From contig MU008192.1 in NCBI GenBank assembly GCA_010909165.1, positions 552,364 to 616,363 of the forward strand: a DNA stretch of 64,000 bases, in the 5' to 3' direction. Origin of the DNA: Anthoceros angustus (taxonomy: Eukaryota > Plantae > Anthocerotophyta). A program made the translations under genes and the position numbers. Positions 35,260 to 48,762 of the stretch are shown piece after piece (position 1 is the first letter of the stretch; each line of letters starts with the position of its first letter). The notes beneath the pieces are model-generated. The model was not told where the DNA came from and made no database searches. It worked only from the letters and a program-made list of their open reading frames with translations.

Positions 35260-35643
35260 TCAAGTCCGGCTCGAGCCCAGGAATTCGGCTCGTTCAAGCG
35301 CGCCCGCTTTCGATGCAGTAACAACCCGGAGGTCCCATGCGCTGGTTTCATAGAACAGCTCACCAAGCCGCTCGTAGGATAGATCGTCGCGAAGCAACTG
35401 CTCGTCGAGCAGCCACACGCGCTCACGAGCGACACGCACGGCATCCTTGAAGGCGCGCGACATTGCGCCACCAATTCCGCGATTGAACCGCTCATGGTAC
35501 GAGTCGTTCTCGGGAAAGAACTCCAAATCAGCCTCAACATAGCCTCGCTCTCTCAGCACCATCGTTGGCCACAGAATTTGCGGAGCCAAGCCGGTAGCTG
35601 GCTTAGTCTCGACGATCGGGGAAAGGATGTTTCTAAAAGCCAT
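35260..35643 (-). CDS. Bacterial-looking hypothetical ORF fragment, 127 aa
   Basis: Uninterrupted, globular-looking frame (ADLEFFPENDSYHERFNRGIGGAMSRAFKDAVRVARERVWLLDEQLLRDDLSYERLGELFYETSAWDLRVVT). GC-rich with CpG-rich codons, inside AT-rich flank and abutting the N at 35649. Confidence 0.45.
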   Translation of the reverse strand: MAFRNILSPIVETKPATGLAPQILWPTMVLRERGYVEADLEFFPENDSYHERFNRGIGGAMSRAFKDAVRVARERVWLLDEQLLRDDLSYERLGELFYETSAWDLRVVTASKAGALERAEFLGSSRT

Positions 35644-35649
35644 TGCCTN

Positions 35650-35887
35650 CCTATTTCCCGAGGTCCAAGGAATTTACGGAACCTATCATGCCTATATGTG
35701 CTCCTATCTACCCATGCTTCCTGCGGTCCAGAGCCTCCTACGAGTTGTGACTCATAAGCCGAACTTCCCCGGACGTCAGGCCACCTTCCTACGGCTCTAT
35801 AGGTCCTACTTCCTACCTGCAAGCGACACTACCATCCTCAGCGTCGGTCCCCCTTGGCGTGGGGTGACCAAAATTCTTTGTTCCACA
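35650..35887 (-). repeat. Terminal fragment of an LTR related to E1
   Basis: Diverged match to 21960-22192 / 32390-32628, ending GTTCCACA. Starts right after an N and abuts the E3 integrase. Confidence 0.8.
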
Positions 35888-36959
35888 GTCGAAAGGAGAT
35901 GCCTGTACGTGAAGCAGGCGGTCGAGGATGCGAAGGTTTGGAGTGGGGACTATCGATTCAAGTCACCACCAAAAAGATTTTGGAGACAGGGTAGTGGTGG
36001 CCCACAATGTAGGCCACCAATTTGTGAAGAAGTGTGATGCTTGTCGTGGTCGGGAAGCGTGCCGACAACACAATGGTAGTTGGTGCCTATTTGCAGCACC
36101 TTCGAAAAGTGGGGTATTGACTTCATTGGACCCATACAGTCTATGACAAGGCACACACAGAAGAGATATATTCTGGTGGCAACCAATTACTGCACCAGGT
36201 GGGTTGAGGCAGTGGCGACAAGGACAGACTCTGCAAGTACCGTGGCAAAGTTCATCTATGAGAATATCATAACCTGGTACGGATGTTCGCTGCAGTTAGT
36301 AAGCGATAGGAGAACTCATTTCCTCAATGATGTGGTGGCTGCCATGACGGAGTATTTTGGTATAAATCATCGCAAGACGACACCCTACAATCCCAAGGCT
36401 ACTTGAGTTGTGGAGAAGACAAGCGGACAAATGCGGATTACGAACAAGCTCACGATCAATTCGCTCCATTTGGATGCAGGATACCACCATCGACGACCTT
36501 TGTGGGCTTTGAGAGAAGGTGACTACCCAACGAACTCCGTATTACTTAACCTATGGGCATTCCCCCGTCATGCCAATCGAGTTCGAGGTACCAACGTTTC
36601 GGGTGATGATGGAGGGGCGGCTAACTAAGGAGGAGAGTCAATTGGAACGGCTGCTGAGGTTTGTGCAACACACAGAGGACCGGGAGGAAGCCCAGCAGAG
36701 AATGCAGCAGGTACAGAACCAACAAAAGATTTGGCATGATCGGCAGTTGCGGAACCAGGAGTATGTGAAGGAGGGAGACCTGGCCCTCCTTTACGACAGT
36801 CGCCACATGCATTTTCCAGGAAAACTTCACTTAAGATGGATGGGGCCGTACCAAGTAGTGCATGTATACGACAACGGGTCCATCCAACTAAGACAGTTGG
36901 ATGGCGAACTGTTACCCACCCACGTGAACGGGTGGAGGGTGAAGAAGTACTATGCTTAG
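35888..36959 (+). mobile_element. Ty3/Gypsy relic E3: integrase and C-terminus
   Basis: FEKWGIDFIGPI, YILVATNYCTRWVEAV, LVSDRRTHFLN, RKTTPYNPK, TPYYLTYGHSPVMPIEFE, KLHLRWMGPYQV, HVNGWRVKKYYA*. Confidence 0.9.
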
Positions 36960-36983
36960 TGTTGGTGTAGACAAGGAGAAAAC

Positions 36984-39170
36984 TGTGGACTCCCCCTTAG
37001 GAAGGTAATAGACAGTTTTTTTGTGGTTTTCGTAAGTGTTTGGGTGGGAAATAAGGCGGAAAAAGGGGAAATAAGGTTGAATAGGGGAATGGCAATGGAC
37101 GGCAGAAGGCGATGGGGTCGAGTACGCGGGACGCTCCGGGTAGGTCACTCCGGACTACACTCCGAAGTAGGCCACTCCGGACTAAACCCCGGAGTAGAAC
37201 ACGGTAAGTCCGCTGGAAAGGGTAACTTCGGAAAAGGGGTGGAGCGTAATAGGCAAGGGGGCCACGTGTATGGTGCTGAGATGAGGACGGGCTTGCGGGG
37301 ACCGATCAGGTTGTCGGTGACGTTATGAGCGGTAACCACGACCCAAGGACATGCACCAAGAAGGTGGCCGCGTAAGGCTAGAGTACATGATGCGGACCCT
37401 GAGGTTACTAGCGAAAGGGCGTCTTGCGCTTGATTCTCCCAGCGCTCGGCCTTTCGAGAGGCCATTCTCTCGACCAACCTCTCAGCAATTTTTGCGCTCA
37501 CTCGCACTCAGGTATTCCGCTCTCTAGCGCCTTCTCTTGAAGCCAGCATATCGCTTAGCGGTCTCGCCTTGAACTAGCTCACCGGAAGGCTTAAGCGGGA
37601 GCATCCTTGCCCACCATCCCTCAGCAGCAAACTAGCCGGAGTGCAAGCATGGGTCCCAAGAAGAGGCGGGCAGTGCAGGAGCCACGGTGCTGTAGAAAAA
37701 ACATCGTCTGGCGCTACACATTTCGGCCCTTGGCTGGCTGAGGTGGAGGAGCTGGTGCAGGAGTGGCACCTAGACATTTTCTAGGCCGTATGGACTTTTG
37801 ATAGCATGGCGTTGGTCCGGGAATACGCCCGGAAGATGTTGGCAGCAGCCACCAAATCCGTCCGCTCCAAGAGCTTGTGAGAGGATCCGAGGAGGTGGAC
37901 TATGGAGGTCCTTAGGGCGGTCTATGATCGCCTAGGAGAGGAAGTAGGGGGCATAGTACCGGAGCCCGTAAAGGTGAAGGGGAAGGTGGAGGCCGTGAAG
38001 GTAGCGCTCCTGAGGCCGAGGACGTAGCGGTCCTCTAACGGGTGGCTTATGTTGGACCTACTGGACCAACATGCTGCTTTTGACTGCACTACCTCATGGC
38101 ATGCCTCTTGGATTTACCTAGCAATATGGTAGTCTGCCATGGGAATCCATCTTCTCCAAACTTGTTTGGCCTATATATTGATGAGGTGGAATGAAGTTGG
38201 ATTGCGGAGTGTGCAGATCGTGGCCGTCTCCCCTAGCTAGATCCCCCCTGCTATATGCGTGCCGTGATACTTCAAATGTGTACTGGGAGATGGCATTGTG
38301 CTTTTGGGTCACCTGTGCCGAGGGCCTTCAAGGACAAGTGGATGTATCATGGCACTTGGGCGAGGCCGTGGAGTGCCAAATAAAGGGGTTTGGTTTGGTT
38401 TGGTTTCCTTTGGTTTGGTGAGCTATGCCTACCTATTTGACTACCTATTTGCCTACCTTTTTTTGTTGTTGACTACCTATTTGTCCTATACCCGGTCTCC
38501 TCTCTCTCCTGGGTGGCGAAGATTGCTCGTCCCTTTGGAACATGGTCACGAGGTAGACCACCTTGGTGACAATCTTGGTTTTCTGCCGCCCTTGAGGCGA
38601 GAGAGGGATTGGGGAGTGATCATCTTGCCCGTGTGCTCGGTCGAGGAAGCTAAGGAGGCGAGGAGGCCTACCACCGTCGGCGTTGTCTCCATTCATTATC
38701 CATGTGTGGGGACACCTCAGCCTTCTAAAGGGAGGGGAGGAGGCGGCGCTTGAGGAAGGGGTGGCGACCTGCCGGGGAGGCGGGAGAAGAACGAGGCAGG
38801 AGGCCGCCGCCCAAGACAAAGCGCACCCGGAAGGCCAGGCGGGAGGTCGGACTCCATCCAGGGGCCGGACCCCCTCTCCTCAAGGAAGTATGGGAGGATA
38901 TTCACTTCCTTCTCTTGGTTCCCCACGAACAGCCATACTGAGGGGCTACTACGGCCAGGGGATGGAGATGGTGAATGCCCGCAGCACACTTTCCGGACCA
39001 AGCCGTAGAGCCTCAAGCCGGACCGGGAGGAAGCAAAGAAGAGAAGCAGGCGCCCAATTCCACCATCCCAAGGATAGCTCCGGTGCCTTACCTTTGCCAG
39101 GTGGCGGGGAGGCGAAGAGCCGGTGAGGAGGCGGGCAATGCTGCCCAGGCGCGAAGTCATGGCGGCAAGC
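36984..39170 (+). mobile_element. Putative long 3' LTR / 3' region of E3, interrupted by E2 and resuming at ~52693-53712
   Basis: Purine tract AAGGAGAAAA (36973-36982) then TGTGGAC. GC-rich broken frames on both strands; similar GC-rich frames resume after E2. Single copy, so LTR status is unconfirmed. Confidence 0.45.
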
Positions 39171-42100
39171 TGTGGAGTGTGAATTTGTGTCTAGGGACAC
39201 CGTGAGGTCCACATTCACCCTCAATGTCGTTGTAGGCTTAGGATTCGCTCCCAAGGGAATGGTTTGTGCCAAGACGCCTTCTATCATCGACCTTCACCTA
39301 AGTCAAGACTTGCTATTACTCCTCTTACCTATCTACTCAACCACTACTACTACCTAACTACCACTCTTGTCCACACCTCTTATTCCACGGCCAAATCTTT
39401 TCCACGCGGTGGCTCTCACTCACCGGTAGTTGCTTGACACCAGGTGGGTCCCACACCAAACCCTAGCGACTTATTTCCGGCCGCGGCGCGCGGATCCCCC
39501 AGGCGTCACCGTGCGGACTTTATTCTGCACTCCATGCACACACACACCGATTCCTAGGGACCTAAATTCCACAAATCCCTCACACACACACAAAGGCGCC
39601 ACACTCACACAATTTTAAGGAGCTGTTCCCCTTGTGCACACTTCCACCGTGACCGGTTTGGTTTCTTTTGGATTCACACAATCTCTAGTCTCAATTAGTT
39701 CCCCTTCTCAACTCCTCTCACACCTCGCCAGCGTCTGATGTTTAGTCACTCCTTCACCCAATCTTCTCTCTCTCTCTCTCCCTCAATTCGCCGGCTTCAA
39801 CCATCCACTCAACACTTCTCTCTCAATTTGAACACAACTAGCGGACAAGTGTGAAGGAGAAGAACCCCAGGCGTCACGGAGGCGTTCGAGCTCCAGACCG
39901 CCCGCGCCAATCCCTTGGTTTCCTCCTCCTTTGTCGGCAAGATTGCTATCACCCCTCCTCCCAGTTGCGGAGCAAGCTCTCGACCACCCCTAGGGCGTCT
40001 GCGCACCACCTCTGTCGGACGTCTCCAACCAGCCACGCAGTGGGGATCTCAACCGGGGTTATCGGCGTGAGGGACCTAATTCGCCCCTCTTATACATCGG
40101 TGGGGCACCACCCGGATTTTAGGTCCTAAGATGGCTATCACGAAGGGGCCGCCCCGGAGCGATCCTAGGTCGTCGGCATCCTAACCAAATTATCTTTAGG
40201 TTGCTACCACCTCGGCCCTCGCTATCTCGCCCTACCTCGACTTGGCTGCTCGTCCTCCATTGCTGCCGCCACGAGCTCTCGCCACGCGGTGGGAGTTCTC
40301 CACACTACTTCCACCTCACATCCGCGTCGAATTTGAGGTGTACGCCTGGGGCTTCGCATCTTCCGCGCCTTTATTGCGAGGATTATTCGGTTCCTCGTCC
40401 ACCCAAGCTGGACCTCCTCCTCGCTCAACTCCTCCAAAGTCGCCTCGCATAATAGGAGCCAACCCCCACACCGGCGCGATGGTAGAAGTATGCACGCCGG
40501 GTCCTCACTTGCGATGGGTAGGATCCCTCCTATTTCCCACGCACATGGGCGGTGAGGTTAAGCACGCGTTCTCCATTCACATATAGACCGGCACATAAGT
40601 TTCCTCATCCATGTGCCGTATATATAGGACCCCTGCACGGTGAGGTGCTTACCCCCTCCTCCGTAGGCTACACACGGTTGCACGGCCTATGTCCTCGCGA
40701 GGCGCCACGCACCACGCCGCCCCGCTGCCCGGGTTGGTTGCGCCAATGTCGGTGGCGGTTTCGACTACGCGGTAGTGGACTCCACGTCGTTCGTTCCTTG
40801 TAGGTGAGGTTTCGGCTACCTCGGTTCTTCTTCCTTCCGGTAGTTCCGCTACTCGATCGTGGTCACCTTCCCGCCCCTTCCCTTTGTCTTTTACGGCGGC
40901 CCGTGCCTCATCCGCTCCTTATATCGCTCCGCTAGCTTATGGGCCTTTTCCACCGAGGCCGCCTCCTCTGGGCTCGCAACAACTCCCCTGCATCTCTGGT
41001 TCGTCTCGTGGGCATCCTTAATTTGAGCCATGAGTGCTTCCTGCTCGTCATGGCTTGCAACTTCTCACAGGCCTGCACAAATCTTCTTGAATCTTGGCCC
41101 TTATTTCCTCTAGGTTCCGCTTGTCTTCCTCCGATTGCTTGCTTGGCCTCCTCTTCGTCAAACTGGCCTTCACCACTTCCTCCTCCGCCCAGGCCGGTGA
41201 GAGCTAAAGCCGCTTGATCCAACAAATGCTTGGGCCCGGATCATCGTGGTCGGCTCACGCAAGTCCACTTGTTGTGGCCCGCGCGACGCCATCCTCCTGT
41301 CGAGAACTTTCCTCCCGGCAGTGCGCACCCTCACCAATTCGGTTGCATCCACCTCTGTTGCCGGTGGAGTCCCCTTGAAAATCTCTTCCCATCTTTGAGG
41401 GGTCCGCCTCGAGGTCGACCTAAACCCTCGGAGTTGATTCATCATCGCATCCGGTCGCAAAATTGTCCTCGGATCGCGCCTCCTCGCCACCTCCAAGCTG
41501 CGCGCTTTCATTTCTGTAGCCGCGCCGTTTTTGACTGGTAGCGTCCGCCTCACCTTTTTTGATGCCGCCTTTCACCCCGGTCTTCCTCCTTTTCTGGTGG
41601 GAATTTCCTTCTCCTCCTCCAGGCTGTCGACTCCCGGCTATCCGATTTTTCCTCCTTGGGCTCCTCCGCCTTCCATTTCACCTCCTAACGGCTTCCACAT
41701 GTGGAGGGAGGCTACAATCTCCACCTCGGGCAGTTAGCGTAAACATAAAGATGGACGATGGTGAGATTAGAGAGGGAGGCGGAGGAAATCAAGTTCAACC
41801 TCTCTTCACACAACAAGAGAATTCGCCTCAATCGATCTTCTTGACCACTTCATGAAGGAACAGTGGTGGTCGACAAATAATCCGCTTCTTGTCTGCGAAA
41901 CATAGGAGCCACGGCGGACCCATCAAGCTGTTGCCAAATCCCTCGTCAACCACGTTGGGTTCGGTCGCGCTTTAACGGGCTGCTGCCTTCGTGCTTCTTT
42001 CTGGGCGGCTCCATCACCAACCCGCCTCCTCCTTCTTCGCCCATACACCCTTCTAACCGCTCCGGTCCCAATCCTGCGGCTTAAATCCCCCCTTTGGTGT

Positions 42101-42879
42101 TGTCCTTGGTGTGCGCACACTCCTGCACCAGTCGAGTTCATGTAATTCCGCTCTTCCATGAAACCCAACCCGGCTCCTTCACCCTCCCAGCTCGAACTTT
42201 CCAATGATCCATGTTCGGCCATTGGGCAAGCACAATTTCTGGTGACCTTGGCGCCATCCTCTCACGGTCTTCACGGTCTCGCGCCACAAACCACGCCACC
42301 TCGCTGCGAATTTCTGTCGGTCTCGGTTCCTACCTCCTCAAGGCGCGCGTCATCGCGCCTTCCTCCTCGCGCCTCGCGATATCGGCGGGGGTTGAGCTCC
42401 TTCCCGCCGTCGTTGCGCCTCTCCTGATCACGGTGCCCCCGGACCGCTCCTCGACGTCGCGCCCGCGTCGCGCTCCGCTCGCTCCGTCCGGCCGCGTTGC
42501 GCTCCGTTGTTTGAGCGGATTACATCATTCCTAGGGTTAAGTTTCCCGGTTCCCCTACTCTGTTAAACCTCTCTCACATCCCAATCCACAACCCACACTC
42601 ATTCATTCTGGCGTCGGTCGACCCCAACTTATAGACCTATCACTCTAATTATTCCAAACCCCTATCTCACATATATAGACTTTTTAGGGAACATTCGAGT
42701 CCATGGGCCAAGGAACACCAAATTCCGGACCATTTATTTTCTAACCTAAAAATAAAACAAAAGAACTCCATAGGCCAAGGACATTTTTCTATGAATATCC
42801 CCCTACCAACCCGACTTATTTTCACACCACTCCCAAAAACAAAACACTTGAGGGCACAGTTTCCAAGTCGATCGTTACA
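39171..42879 (-). repeat. E2 3' LTR, 3709 bp, TG...CA
   Basis: Plus strand TGTGGAGT...CGTTACA, followed by TACTCCCTTCTC (minus PPT GAGAAGGGAG). TATA-like boxes on minus at ~42670-42678 and ~40087-40096. Confidence 0.85.
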
Positions 42880-45800
42880 TACTCCCTTCTCATTTGTTGG
42901 CGTCCTCGCCAACTTATAATACTTCTTGACCCTCCACCCATTGACTCGGGTTGGTAGTGGAGGCCACCTAGTTCTTGCGGTTGCGGATCCATTTGAAGAC
43001 TTGAGAACCCTATATGGCCCCATCCATCGAAGGTGGAGCTTGGGAAAGTGCATGTACCTATTGTCGTGCAATGAGGCCAAGTCACGGAACTACCCACTCT
43101 TGCTTCATTTGTCATGCCATATTTTCCGTTTCGCTGAATATCTGCATGACGCTCACGCCTGTTCCCCTATCCTCTGTATGTTTAGCGGTGACCAGGCGTT
43201 CGGTGACTTTCCTCTATGCGGTTAGTTTCCGATCGCGGTGGGAATTTCAAACTCAATAGGCATTAGAGAATGGCCGTGTAGGTGAGGTACGGTGTTTGTT
43301 GCGTTGTTATTTTCTCTGCGATATGCCCGGGCGGAGTGAAGCTTAAGATCCCTCGCGTATTCCACCGTTAGCTTGTTGAGGATCACCACAGAGCCCATTC
43401 GCCTTTTCCGTTAAGCCATTTGCCTTGGGATTATAAAGTCGTTTTCTGTGGCGACGTTGAAGTAGATCGTCATATGAGATATAACCGTTGAAATGTGACC
43501 CTCAGACAAGCTCCAAGGGACGACCATATCGAGTGATAATGTCATTTCGAGGAACACTACATGAGGCGCACCTTGTGCTTCCACCATACGTGCAATAGTC
43601 TGTGAGGATGTATTGGTTTTGTCGCGTCTCGTTTTGGGCGTATGGGACCAACAAAGTCTATTCCCCATTTCTCGAATGGCGCGGGGCCAATATCGGAACC
43701 ATTGGCCATTGAGTGGTTCGGTTTCCCAACCCTCGGCGGGCATCGCAGCGTTTAACAAACTCCTAGCATCACGATGCATGGTTTGCCACCAATACCCGTT
43801 TCAAGCACCTTCTTGCACGTGATATATGTCCTCCGCTTCCCCTCGTGCATCTCGACTTTCGGATAACTGCTCCTTGTTACCCATAACTTTGTCCATCCAT
43901 CCGGTCCGACTTGCAGATTGTCTTTCGTCGTACAAGACGTGAATAGTGCCTGCTTGCGGGTTTTGAAAGATCCGATGGTATTTTCCCGTTTCCAATTCCA
44001 TCATCTCCTCGTGAGTGGGCCTTGTGTATCCGTTCTCCCTTCTCATTTCGAGCCACCATTTACCCTCGCCTTATGGTTCGTGCCTTCCCCTCTAACTTTC
44101 ATGGACAGCTTCATCGGAAAATCGTCGTTTTGGTCCTGTAACCTCCTCTGTTTCGACCTCGAAATGTAATCGCATTCACATGTTTACTCCCTCCTCTGGT
44201 CTCCACCGTGAGCGTGAATTCTTGCGGAGTAGGATCCATCTTGCTATGCGTCCGGACAAGTCGGTTTGTTTACGGTGTTTGAGGCGAAGTGGTCCACATG
44301 GAAGACGAACTCGTGGGATAGCAAATAGTGGCGAAACTTGCGAGTACACCATCCCTAGCCTCCCTCTCGGTGGTGGTATACTTCTTTCTGCGTCGGTGCC
44401 TCCGATTGGATAATCGTGCTTCTTGTCATCCCTTTGGCTTAGAATGGTACCGATTGCATAGGCGAACGTCTACAAACACGTGGAACTTCTTGCTCAGTCG
44501 GCCCCGGCGTGTCTTGTGATCGGTGGTCGAAGATCATTGAAGGCCTCCTCTCGTTTTTCGTCCATTCCCTCACGGTCCTTGCGAAGCATTACGTAGCGGA
44601 GCTGCCCTTACGGAGAAATTCTTCACAAACCTTGATAATAGCCTACCATTCCGAGGAATCCCTAAGCTCCTTGATGTGGTAGGTGGCTTGAGGCGGTAAT
44701 GATTTTGACCTTATCGGTCGACCTCTATCCCGCGCAATGCGGTGCCCCAACAAAATACCCTCGGCATGCCGAAATAACATTTCTCGGGATGTAGACACAA
44801 TTGTGCTGACACCGTTCGGACATTTGCGAAGGTGGTTGAGGTGATCTTTCCGCTCCAAACACGCGAAGTCATCCGAAGACCTCCATGAAGTCCCTAAGGT
44901 ATTCCTTGAAAATCTTGACAATGTCGCATGAAGGATCCACGGTGCCCTGTTAATCCGAGCGCACTCCGTTTGTAGGCATAGGTTCCCGATCGTAGTGAAG
45001 GTGTGGCCAATCACTCTCCACGAGATGTGGGTTATACCCGAATACCCATCCGAGCAGGTAGACCATTCTCCACGCAACTAAGTCCGATGTTGTCTATGAA
45101 TGGAAGCGGGTAATGGTCTTTTTGGTCACCTTGTTTAACTTCCTCCAATCTGGCAGTATCTTCCCTTCTTTTTGGGAACCACCACAATTGGGGCTACCCA
45201 CTCCGATGTCACAATAGGATATATAGCGTCCATAGTAAAGCTCCAATTGTTCCTTTACCTTCGAATACTTTGGATTTAGCTTGTATTGCGGTATCCGGGT
45301 ACGCACCGGCTCGAGATCAATCTTGTGCTCCCCACTCCCTCGGTATACCCTTCATGTCGTAACGTCAAAAGCAAAACGTGGATAAATTCCAACAATTTGT
45401 TTCATACCCCTTTCCAAGTGCATCATCATTCGAAAACTTAAGGACCTTGCCCAACACTTCCACATCCTTGACCTCATCCGTGCATGCCACTCTCTTTCCA
45501 CCGGCGGATGTGATGCCAACCCTTCCTCCATTTCTTGGTTCTCCTTGCGCATTCCCCATTCCGGAATCGTCAGGTAAAACGTGAGACACCCTCCTCGCAC
45601 CCTCCAGTTTGTCCGGATCGTCGCTCCGGCTCACCTCTCCTTCTTCCTCGACCTCGTCTGGCCTTCGGTCCTCTCCGACACCTTGTCAATTGTGACTCCA
45701 TAGCACCCTAATAGGTTGATGGAATGGGAATATCTCTCCGTGGTCCTCTTCATCGACCACGAAATATGCGAATGGGAATTTCTCCTTCATCCTCTCCCCG

Positions 45801-48700
45801 GAGGTATCTTGAGAGGTGTATCCCTCCGTTTCGTGGGTGTCTCCCCTGCGTATCTGCTCCAAGTCAAACATATCCTTCCTCCTTAATTTTGGGGTCCCGG
45901 TCAGGTTTGAATCCCACTTCCTTTCTTGCCCATTTGAAGGTGCAACGTGCCCCATACATCCATGTTCGTCAATGAGAACCTCATACCTGGCGCTTTTTGT
46001 TTAATGACCACGTAGTCCATGAGGTGCGGAATGGTACCAATATGGGTTAGGACTCCGTCAACTCCCCTAGGCGCCATTTTGGACATGTCCGGAACACCTT
46101 TGATGTATGTTCTATCGCAACCCAAGCTTAGGCGGTCTCCTCTGTCATGATGTTGACTGACCCGGAATCTAGCGGCACCTTCTTGATTACACATCCCCAA
46201 TTTCTATCAGCTCAGTCACAGTCCATCATGGCCACCATATTCACAGGGGGTTTTCGGCCTTGGGGTGGAAAGGTTCCGTCTCTTCTTGGGTTGTGCCGCC
46301 TTCAATGCCCCACCAGTTCTTTGGCGGTCTGGATTGTCCACGAGAAGTCCGTTATCATGAACTTTTGGTCCATGATAGCGTCATAAATTGAAAGGAACAC
46401 TGTTGTGCTTTCTTTCTCCTTGCCAACCCCACCGTCATTTCAACAAGCGGTAGCTCTTTGATGTTGCGGTCGTTGAAGCAGGCTGGCGTAGGTGGGTCGG
46501 TGGGTCGATGGCCAAAATACGAGCCGTCTGTTCCGATTCTTGTCGGATCATATCCATAACCTTCCCCCGACATCGGAAGCGACTCATCCTTTTTCCTCTT
46601 GCGGGTTTTCGCCCCATGTGTCGACTCGAGTCCCACCCGTCCTCCTCGTTTTGCACTTCACCCTCGAATCCAGCGGTCTCGGCTGCTAAGGGAGTTACAC
46701 TGTGATGCCATCCGAAATCGCAACCCTCGCGTTAAGTGTGGCGTTAGTGCCTTGCTCCCGTCCATTGGATTCGCATGCCCTTTTCGGCGATTCCATCAGT
46801 CCCTCGTCGGCCTTTTGTGGTTGGACTTCTCTTCCTTCCCGCTTTGATGAAGGCGCCTCTTCCTCCTCACTTGCGGACGTTATGGAAGCTCCCACTCCGT
46901 TCTTCTTCCTTTTTTCCCCCTTCTTAGGGTGTCCTTCCTCTCGCCCGCTCCAGCGAGCATCGCCAGCGGGGTTCCGTAATACCCACTATCCACATCCCCA
47001 ACCCTTCCGGGCTCCTCGATGCGGCCTCGGAATCCTCCCATACTGACCATGGCGCATCTTGACTTGCATTGCGGCAGGCTTTCTTTATGCGGGGGTGGTG
47101 AGGTTGGCGATCCTCACTGTTTTTATGCAGGGAGGGCCTGCCACTCGTGACTGATTGCTTGCGGTCCACACACCTTTCAAAATCACCATTCCCTGGCGAG
47201 ATGCGGAGGGGCATCCAGCAGCAAGATGCGAACCCTCGGCAATTGTAACCTCGGCACTCATTTGCGGGGTTCCTTGCCATCGATTGCGAATGCCCATGCC
47301 GGGTTTCAAACTCGAGGTACAAAGTTTTGGTACCGAGATCGGTGTTGCCTCTTGAATTTGGTATGTATCTTCCAAGCACATCTCCTCATCCTCTTCCTCG
47401 TAGCCCGATGGTTGCACTTTTGTTTGTGTGAGTTCGACCTCGAGTGCCCTGCACACAAGTTGAGCGAAGAGATTCGCCCGCTCCGGTAACCCTTCTTCTA
47501 TCATGGTCCTTGATGGCATTAAGATGGAGTTTCTCGGTTTGACCATCATTTCCTCCATCTTGTTCCCTTGTTGCTCCACTTTTTGGCTCTGTTTCCACCT
47601 CTCTTCTCACACTCCGTCCTTTCGTGCATATAGCGCTCCTTCCCTTTTGCACGTCGTCTTGTTTCCGATCATTTTTCCCTTCTTCCTTCTATCCCTTGGT
47701 TGCGCTCACCTTAATTCTCCTCCGAATCCTCGCTGGTCTCCTCTTAGTGGAGCTACCCGAGTCGTTGAAAACTATCCTCCTCCATGGGCTCATCGGAGGC
47801 GAATAGTACTTCTTCTTCTTTTGTATTTCTTTTTGTCCTTCCGCGCCCTTGTTCGAGTTCTTCTTCTCTTCCGCGTTGGACTCCTCATAGTTCGGGCGAC
47901 TTTAATCGCCCGATCCAAATCTTTCTCACGAGGCATGCGTGCCTTCCCATCTCGCGCCCAATCCTCTTGCAAACCGGTGAATGGCCATTAGCTCAGTGCG
48001 GACCGGCCCGATCCGTGGGTGGAACCTTTCCACATAAGCTGCGGGGTCTCCTTCTTCCCTCTCCGCAATCCCTCGAGTTTGGACAAGACATATCCTTCCA
48101 CATCGACCCCTCGATCTTTCACAAAAGCTCTCTTCAAGGCCCCAAAGTAGGCGGGGTGTGGCGAAGCTATGTACTCCGCTTGTACCACTTGGCGCGCTCG
48201 CGTAAGACTCCATAAACAGCGGGCACGATCGCATCCTCACGGTTGTGGCGTCAACTCAAAGCAGCTCGACAAACTCGTCGGGATCCTCATGGCCCTTCTT
48301 TTCTCCGCGGGTAAGATTGCTTAGTAACAAGCACGGTCGCCATAACTACCGGGTAGTACTTTCAGCAGCTAGTTGGCGGCCACTACGTCGGTGACCTCTA
48401 CATTCACGAAGTTTGGGGACGCGGTGGTCTAGGCAACTGGAGGCGAGATCAAAAGACAAGTGGAATCGGGTACGGCCCCTTGTACCGCTTCGTAGTCGAG
48501 TTGGGAATCGAATCCGATAAGATCCGATCCCAACAGTTGACTCCACCCCTCTTCCTCGTCCGGCAAGTGTGATCTCCGCGTGCTCTCCTCGTAACTCTGC
48601 AATCTTTCCGCTTGGCGTTGCCGTCTTGCGAGCGTTTCCCCAGTCGGATCGAATCGCTTGTCTCCACCGAGGCATCCATCAATCTAGTAATGCTAGACTC
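42880..48700 (-). pseudogene. E2 gag-pol (heavily frameshifted)
   Basis: Integrase end PKLHLRWMGPYRV...RVNGWRVKKYY (42900-43080); RT pieces QYKLNPKYS, DWRKLNKVTKK (45090-45310); gag at ~47000-48300. Confidence 0.8.
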
Positions 48701-48744
48701 TACTTAGGCTATGGTTAGTTCTACCTCGTCCTTGTGATTCCATT

Positions 48745-48759
48745 CCCGCAGCAGCGCCA
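48745..48759 (-). promoter_or_regulatory. E2 primer-binding site
   Basis: Minus strand TGGCGCTGCTGCGGG, 3 nt after the LTR end ...CTCCACA. Confidence 0.85.
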
Positions 48760-48762
48760 AAA

